From assembly GCA_044869275.1 (NCBI GenBank), contig JBIOXB010000100.1:1-23402 (forward strand): a DNA stretch of 23,402 nucleotides, in the 5' to 3' direction. Position 1 is the stretch's first letter; the number at the start of each line of letters is the position of its first letter. The stretch comes from a bacterium. GTDB taxonomy: Bacteria > Zhuqueibacterota > Zhuqueibacteria > Zhuqueibacterales > Zhuqueibacteraceae. Below are positions 18,288 to 23,402 of this stretch, in pieces. The notes below the pieces were generated by a model that was given only the letters and a program-made list of their open reading frames with translations, made no database searches and was not told the origin of the DNA. The position numbers and the translations under genes were made by a program.

Positions 18288-18369
18288 GTGTTGGAGTTTC
18301 CGGCACGCGCGTCGGCATTTCCGGCACGCCGGTGTCGAATATTCGGAAGTGGTGTCGAAAATTCCCTCG
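18288..18369. promoter_or_regulatory. Four tandem enhancer-like (UAS) imperfect palindromes
   Basis: GTGTTGGAGTTTCCGGCAC (18288), GCGTCGGCATTTCCGGCAC (18309), GTGTCGAATATTCGGAAG (18332), GTGTCGAAAATTCCCTCG (18352). Confidence 0.65.
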
Positions 18370-18547
18370 GCTAGTCAAAATCACTGTCGCGTTGTGCAAA
18401 CGGTATTGCCGCGCGCATTGGCAAAAGCGAGGAAGATGACGGGTTTGCGGTTCACGGAAAATCCCTTCAAAAATCGTTGCGAAAAACCTTTTCAACACAA
18501 AGGCAGGAGTTTCACAGCGCGGCAGAGCCGCAACCAAAATGGCTGCT

Positions 18548-18605
18548 CACGGATCAAAAAACCACACGGAAATTTTTAACTATCTGCGTGGTTTCTTAAT
18601 CCGCG
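18548..18605. repeat. Imperfect 23-bp inverted repeat with a 12-nt loop
   Basis: CACGGATCAAAAAACCACACGGA and TCTGCGTGGTTTCTTAATCCGCG; 18 of 23 positions complementary. Confidence 0.7.
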
Positions 18606-18659
18606 TGGAATTAATCTTTGCTTTTTCGCTTCAAACACGCATGTCTCCCAGCTTCGCGC

Positions 18660-18688
18660 TTGACATTTTAAGCCTTTTCGTTTATATT
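18660..18688 (+). promoter_or_regulatory. Sigma70-type promoter of the cytochrome b operon
   Basis: TTGACA-N17-TATATT. Confidence 0.75.
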
Positions 18689-18752
18689 GCGCGGCATCAA
18701 GAAATCCTGCCTCATCAAACTTCGAGCGGTTCTTTCTAACAAAGGAGCGGTG

Positions 18753-19526
18753 ATGCGAGCGGTTCTCGACAAGATGCGGGACAACCTCATCAAATCCCCT
18801 GTCTGGAAATCGATGTTCCGGCACGATTACGAAGATTCGCAGCGTAATCGCCTGCTGCAAGTGCTCGACAATTTTTGGATGCATCTGCATCCCACCAAAC
18901 TGCCCCGCCACGGCACCTACATCCGCTTCACCTGGTGCATGGGCGGAATTACGTTTTTGCTGTTTTTGGTCACCGCGGTCACCGGCGTGTTGCTGATGTT
19001 CTACTACCGCCCCACCGCGGAGTACGCCTTTGCCGACATGAAGTATCTGCAATTCGACGTGCCCTTCGGTATGTTTCTGCGCAATATGCACCGCTGGGCC
19101 GCGCATGGCATGGTCATCGCCGTTTGGCTGCACATGTTTCGCGTCTTCCTCACCGGCTCTTACAAACCGCCGCGCGAATTCAACTGGGTCGTGGGTGTGA
19201 TCCTGTTGACGACGACGCTGCTGCTTTCTTTCACCGGCTATCTGCTGCCCTGGGATCAGCTTTCCATTTGGGCCGTGACCGTCGGCACCAATATGGCGCG
19301 CGCCACACCGCTGCTCGGTCATGAAGGCCCATTCGGCCCGCAATTGGGCATGCGGCCGGACAATGACGTTCGCTTCCTGTTGCTCGGTGGCACGCAAGTC
19401 GGCCCGCCGACCTTGCTGCGTTTCTACGTGCTCCACTGCATTTTCCTGCCGTTGTTTGCCGCCGTGTTTATCGGCGTGCACTTTTGGCGCGTGCGCAAAG
19501 ACGGAGGCATCTCCGGCCCGCTGTGA
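18753..19526 (+). CDS. Cytochrome b N-terminal part (cytochrome b6/QcrB-like, split type)
   Basis: [44 protein letters not shown]-x14-H, terminal GISGPL; AAGGAG SD. Confidence 0.94.
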   Translation: MRAVLDKMRDNLIKSPVWKSMFRHDYEDSQRNRLLQVLDNFWMHLHPTKLPRHGTYIRFTWCMGGITFLLFLVTAVTGVLLMFYYRPTAEYAFADMKYLQFDVPFGMFLRNMHRWAAHGMVIAVWLHMFRVFLTGSYKPPREFNWVVGVILLTTTLLLSFTGYLLPWDQLSIWAVTVGTNMARATPLLGHEGPFGPQLGMRPDNDVRFLLLGGTQVGPPTLLRFYVLHCIFLPLFAAVFIGVHFWRVRKDGGISGPL

Positions 19527-19544
19527 TCGAAGTTGTGCTCGTTC

Positions 19545-19635
19545 AGATTTACAAATCAACCGGGCAGTTTACGTATTACGTTTTCATGCGGTATTTCCGT
19601 AAAATGTAACGCGTAATGCGTGTAAATCTTTTTTT
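19545..19635 (+). terminator. Nested hairpin followed by a T-tract; possible terminator or processing site
   Basis: AGATTTACA...TGTAAATCT outer stem, TTACGTATTACGTTTT/AAAATGTAACGCGTAA inner stem, then a T run. Confidence 0.4.
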
Positions 19636-19656
19636 GCTTTTTCGGAGCTGGAGTCT

Positions 19657-20538
19657 ATGGAGAATCTCAAGCATATCTTGAGCAATCCCGATAACGTTCC
19701 AGTTGTCGGTATGTTGTTTTTGATTACTTTTTACGTCTGGCTATGGTGGCGCCAAGCACGCCAAAACGACGCCCGTATTGCGGCCGGCGAATACAAGAAA
19801 ATGACTGAAGAGAACCAGGATCGCATTCACACCTGGCCGTATCTCACCCGCGTGGAATTTCTCGCCTCCATCATCCTGATGATCGTGTTAACGGTCTGGT
19901 CGATCGTGCTCGATGCCCCGCTGGAGGACCCGGCCAATCCCACGCGCACGCCCAATCCTTCCAAGGCGCCCTGGTACTTTCTCGGGCTGCAGGAAATGCT
20001 GGTGTATTTCGATCCCTGGATTGCCGGCGTGTTCCTGCCGACGCTGATCATCGTGGGCTTGATGGCGATTCCGTATATCGATCCCAACAAAAAGGGCAAC
20101 GGCTATTACACCTGGAATGAGCGCCCGTTCGCTCTCAGCGTTTTTCTGTTCGGTTTTTTGATTTTGTGGCTGTCGCTGATCATCATGGGCACGTTTTTAC
20201 GCGGCCCGGGCTGGAACTTCTTCGCGCCCTGGGAATTGTGGGACGTGCACAAAGTGGTGGCGATGAGCAACGTGGACATGCACGAATTCTTTGGCATCCG
20301 TTCCAAGCTCGGCGCGGGGATTTTCGGGTTCACCATCGTGGGCGCGTATTTTAGCTTGATTCCGGCCATTTGGTTCTGGAAAAAGAAAACTTGGAAAGTT
20401 CTGGAAGAGTTGGGGCCGCTGCGCTACGGCGTGACGGCGTTTCTCTTTTTCTCGATGATGGGCTTGCCCATCAAGATGATCATGCGGGTGGCATTCAACA
20501 TCAAATATATTTGGGTTACGCCATGGTTCAACGTGTGA
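19657..20538 (+). CDS. Cytochrome b C-terminal part / subunit IV-like (PetD/QcrC-like), extended
   Basis: TWPYL, APLEDPANPTRTPNPSKAPWYFLGLQE, IPYID, ERPF; extra TM helices; GGAG SD. Confidence 0.88.
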   Translation: MENLKHILSNPDNVPVVGMLFLITFYVWLWWRQARQNDARIAAGEYKKMTEENQDRIHTWPYLTRVEFLASIILMIVLTVWSIVLDAPLEDPANPTRTPNPSKAPWYFLGLQEMLVYFDPWIAGVFLPTLIIVGLMAIPYIDPNKKGNGYYTWNERPFALSVFLFGFLILWLSLIIMGTFLRGPGWNFFAPWELWDVHKVVAMSNVDMHEFFGIRSKLGAGIFGFTIVGAYFSLIPAIWFWKKKTWKVLEELGPLRYGVTAFLFFSMMGLPIKMIMRVAFNIKYIWVTPWFNV

Positions 20539-20687
20539 GTTTGGCCCTGCTATAGGACTGGCCATGCTCCAGGAATCTGCTTATGGTCTTGCCCGTACGC
20601 CAAAAGATTTCCGCGGCATGGCATTGAAAACTCGAAGTGTTTCCAAAGAAAAATGCGACCTCTGTGACGACCCGAAAGGAACAAGCC

Positions 20688-23312
20688 TTGGCCAAGCGAT
20701 CCGACACTCCGATTGAAGAACGTGATTACAGCCACATGTATTTCATTTGCAGCGCGTTGCTGGCGTTGACCACCTTCTGGGCGGTATTCGACATGATTTG
20801 GGTGCGCTCGCCCTGGCAACGCACGCAGCAGGAATTCAATCAGCTCGAAAAGAACGATCTGGTCGCCGCGCGTGATGAAAAACTGGCCGCCATCGATCCA
20901 GCGGCTTACCAACAACTGCGAGCGGACCTGGCAGCAGCAATCAAGGAGCTCGACAGCGCCGATTACAAACAAGCGCTGCAGGATTCGGCCAAAGCCGCGG
21001 TGGAAATCGCCAAAGCCGTGCAGCAATATCGTTTCACCAAGAGCGAGGCCGATGCGGAGTATTATCTCTTCAAGGAAGCGCAGTACCATAACGAGAAATC
21101 CGGCTATGAGAAACACGGCAAAAAATATGAGAGCTTGACCTCGCGAGCTGCCGAGCTCAAGCAAAAATGGGATGAGGCCGCAGCGCACAAAGCTAAAGTG
21201 TTGCAGCGGCTGGCCGGCTATCGTCAAAAAGTCACCGATCTGCAAGCGCAATTGGAGGCGATGACCAAGGAAGTGGATGAGCTCAATTTTCGCATCGATC
21301 GCATCGACCAGCGCAGGATCAAAATTCAACAAGTGGTGATGCCGGAATTCGTCAAGAACAATTTTGGCGCCTTCATCAATAACGTCGATCGTTGCCACAC
21401 CTGCCACACCTCCGCCACGCGCAAAGGCTTTGAGCATCTGGAGAATCCCCACAAAACGCACACCTCCTTGGACACCTTGCTGCGCCTGCATCCGGTGGAC
21501 AAATTTGGCTGCACGCCCTGCCACGACGGCCAGGGTCCGGCACTGCAAAACGCCGATCACGCGCACGGGGAAGTCAAACACTGGGAACATCCGCTGCTGC
21601 GCGGCGAGTTTGCGTACGCCGGCTGCAACAAGTGCCACGCCAAGGAATTGCGCCTCGCGCACGCGCCGAGCTTGAACCGCTCCAAGCGCATGCTGGTGGA
21701 TTTGGGTTGTTACGGCTGCCATGAAATTCGCGGATATGAAACCGCGGAACGCATCGGCCCGGACCTCAGCCGCGTCGGCCAAAAGCTCACGCCGGCCTGG
21801 GTGTATGGCTGGTTGCGTGACAATCGCGAATTTCGGCCGCACACGCGCATGCCGAATGCGATGTACACCAAGGCCGAAGCCTCGGCGGCAACTGCCTATC
21901 TGTTCAGTGTTTCGAAAAGCGATTGGTCGCCGGTAACCATGAACGCGCGCGGCAGCGCGGCAAACGGCGAACGCCTGATTGCGACCGTGGGCTGCAAAGC
22001 CTGCCACGTGGTTACTCCAGAAGATCGCGAGCATCGCACCAACGGCTTGCCCTACGACATTGGCCCGGATCTCGGCACCGTCGCCAAGAAAGTCAATGAA
22101 GATTGGCTGTATGATTGGATCAAAAATCCCAAGCATTATTCGCCGCAAACGCGCATGCCGAGCTTGCGCTTGTCCGATCAAGAAGCGGCGGATATTGTCG
22201 CCTATTTGATGCAAATCGGCCGCCCAGCGCCGTTGCCGGAAAATTATACGCAGGAAATGCCGAATCTCAGCGATCCGGCTTTGATTGCGGAAGGCCGCGC
22301 GCTCGTGCGCAATTTCGGCTGTCACGGCTGCCACGTGATTCCCGGGATGGAACGCGAAGGGCGGGTCTCGGTCTCATTGAATGAATTCGGCGCCAAATTG
22401 CCAGATGAGCTTTTTTATGGCGACGCGCTGGCCAACGGTACCGTACCGCAAAAAACCTGGGAAGGTTGGGCCATTGGCAAGCTCAAAAACTCGCGCGCAT
22501 ACGCAACTGAAGCTGTGATCCAACGCATGCCGAATTACCAAATGGCGGATAGCGACGCCGTCAACCTGACGGTGCTGTTGCGCTCATGGGATGGCCGCGT
22601 GTTCGGCGAGCGTTATGTGAAGCCCTGGGGCGGCCGCGAAGAAAGCATTGAAAAGGGCCGTTTGCTCGTGCGCCAGCTCAATTGCACCGGCTGCCACATC
22701 ATCGAAGGCGAGGGCGGAGATATTCAACCGGCGCTGACCTCCGCTTTGATGAAAGAAGGTTTGGATGAAATCGCGGCCTCGGCTTATGCACCACCGAATT
22801 TGCTGGGTGAAGGCAAAAAGGTGCAAAGCGAATGGCTGTTCCGTTTCTTGAAGGAACCGACGACCGGCCGGATTCGCCCATGGCTGCGCTCGCGCATGCC
22901 GACTTTCGCACTGACGGACGAGGAGGCCAACTCGCTCATCAATTATTTCAAAGCCGAAGCCGACGAAACGCCGGGTTTCACCTTTTTGCCCGAGTTTCAA
23001 CTGACTGCCGAGCAGCGTTCTGGTGCGTCGAAGCTCACCGCGCGTGATTATTTCGCCTGCTTCTCCTGCCACCAACAGGGCGCGAAAAAGCCCGAGGGCC
23101 CGCCCGACGGCTGGGCGCCGGATTTGGCGATGGCGAAACAACGTCTCAATCCGAATTGGATCGCAGACTGGATTCGCGATCCGCAGAAACAGCTTCCCGG
23201 CACACGCATGCCCTCGTTCTACCCGGATTCATATCCCCCAGACGTTCTGAGTGGGGATCCGGAAAAACAGATTGTGGCATTGCGCAATTATTTGTTGAGC
23301 TTGGGAAACTGA
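20688..23312 (+). CDS. Membrane-anchored octaheme cytochrome c with a coiled-coil stalk
   Basis: Eight CxxCH (CHTCH, CTPCH, CNKCH, CYGCH, CKACH, CHGCH, CTGCH, CFSCH). TTG 20688 follows GAAGGA; GTG 20637 is an alternative start. Confidence 0.92.
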   Translation: MAKRSDTPIEERDYSHMYFICSALLALTTFWAVFDMIWVRSPWQRTQQEFNQLEKNDLVAARDEKLAAIDPAAYQQLRADLAAAIKELDSADYKQALQDSAKAAVEIAKAVQQYRFTKSEADAEYYLFKEAQYHNEKSGYEKHGKKYESLTSRAAELKQKWDEAAAHKAKVLQRLAGYRQKVTDLQAQLEAMTKEVDELNFRIDRIDQRRIKIQQVVMPEFVKNNFGAFINNVDRCHTCHTSATRKGFEHLENPHKTHTSLDTLLRLHPVDKFGCTPCHDGQGPALQNADHAHGEVKHWEHPLLRGEFAYAGCNKCHAKELRLAHAPSLNRSKRMLVDLGCYGCHEIRGYETAERIGPDLSRVGQKLTPAWVYGWLRDNREFRPHTRMPNAMYTKAEASAATAYLFSVSKSDWSPVTMNARGSAANGERLIATVGCKACHVVTPEDREHRTNGLPYDIGPDLGTVAKKVNEDWLYDWIKNPKHYSPQTRMPSLRLSDQEAADIVAYLMQIGRPAPLPENYTQEMPNLSDPALIAEGRALVRNFGCHGCHVIPGMEREGRVSVSLNEFGAKLPDELFYGDALANGTVPQKTWEGWAIGKLKNSRAYATEAVIQRMPNYQMADSDAVNLTVLLRSWDGRVFGERYVKPWGGREESIEKGRLLVRQLNCTGCHIIEGEGGDIQPALTSALMKEGLDEIAASAYAPPNLLGEGKKVQSEWLFRFLKEPTTGRIRPWLRSRMPTFALTDEEANSLINYFKAEADETPGFTFLPEFQLTAEQRSGASKLTARDYFACFSCHQQGAKKPEGPPDGWAPDLAMAKQRLNPNWIADWIRDPQKQLPGTRMPSFYPDSYPPDVLSGDPEKQIVALRNYLLSLGN

Positions 23313-23315
23313 TTC

Positions 23316-23348
23316 TTACACATTACACGTGTAACGTGTAATGTGTAA
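23316..23348. repeat. Perfect 14-bp inverted repeat built from heptamers
   Basis: TTACACATTACACG-TGTAA-CGTGTAATGTGTAA, starting 3 nt after the stop codon. Confidence 0.85.
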
Positions 23349-23402
23349 CGTGCCTATCGTGCACTCGTTCGAATAGAAAAAACTCTGAAATCGTACTCCA
23401 GG

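Noticed and set aside
18288..18369. CRISPR-like array
   Set aside because: Units are degenerate, nearly abutting, with no spacers and no cas genes.
18477..18495. Rex-like operator TTGCGAAAAACCTTTTCAA
   Set aside because: Spacing and right half-site do not fit TTGTGAA-N4-TTCACAA.
20550..22334. 594-aa minus-strand ORF (likewise 18576-19559, 9417-10316, 13312-14298)
   Set aside because: Antisense to well-supported genes; no domain signatures.

Overview
GC-rich bacterial chromosomal window devoted to energy metabolism. Left to right: (1) a minus-strand three-gene succinate dehydrogenase/fumarate reductase with a mycobacterial Sdh1-like membrane anchor; (2) divergent 2-oxoacid:ferredoxin oxidoreductase alpha and beta genes; (3) a decayed MNT-HEPN toxin-antitoxin pair; (4) a translationally coupled operon of a heme-c-motif sensor kinase, an archaemetzincin-type Zn protease and a sigma54 response regulator; (5) converging on it, a 7-gene minus-strand cluster with a Qrc/ACIII-like complex (pentaheme cytochrome c, Tat-exported molybdopterin-oxidoreductase-like subunit, 4Fe-4S protein, NrfD) flanked by two Cys-rich GcvH-like proteins and a small membrane protein; (6) a divergent sigma70-driven split cytochrome b6-like/subunit IV pair and an octaheme cytochrome c, with no Rieske gene in the window. 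The most interesting signal is block 4+5. Its three accessory proteins share a [LM]ADGG motif, both operons carry the same variant sigma54 promoter (TGG-N8-TTGTA), and tandem enhancer-like repeats lie upstream of the respiratory cluster. This suggests a self-contained redox-sensing/proteolysis/respiration module. All calls come from motif recognition only; no database searches were run.
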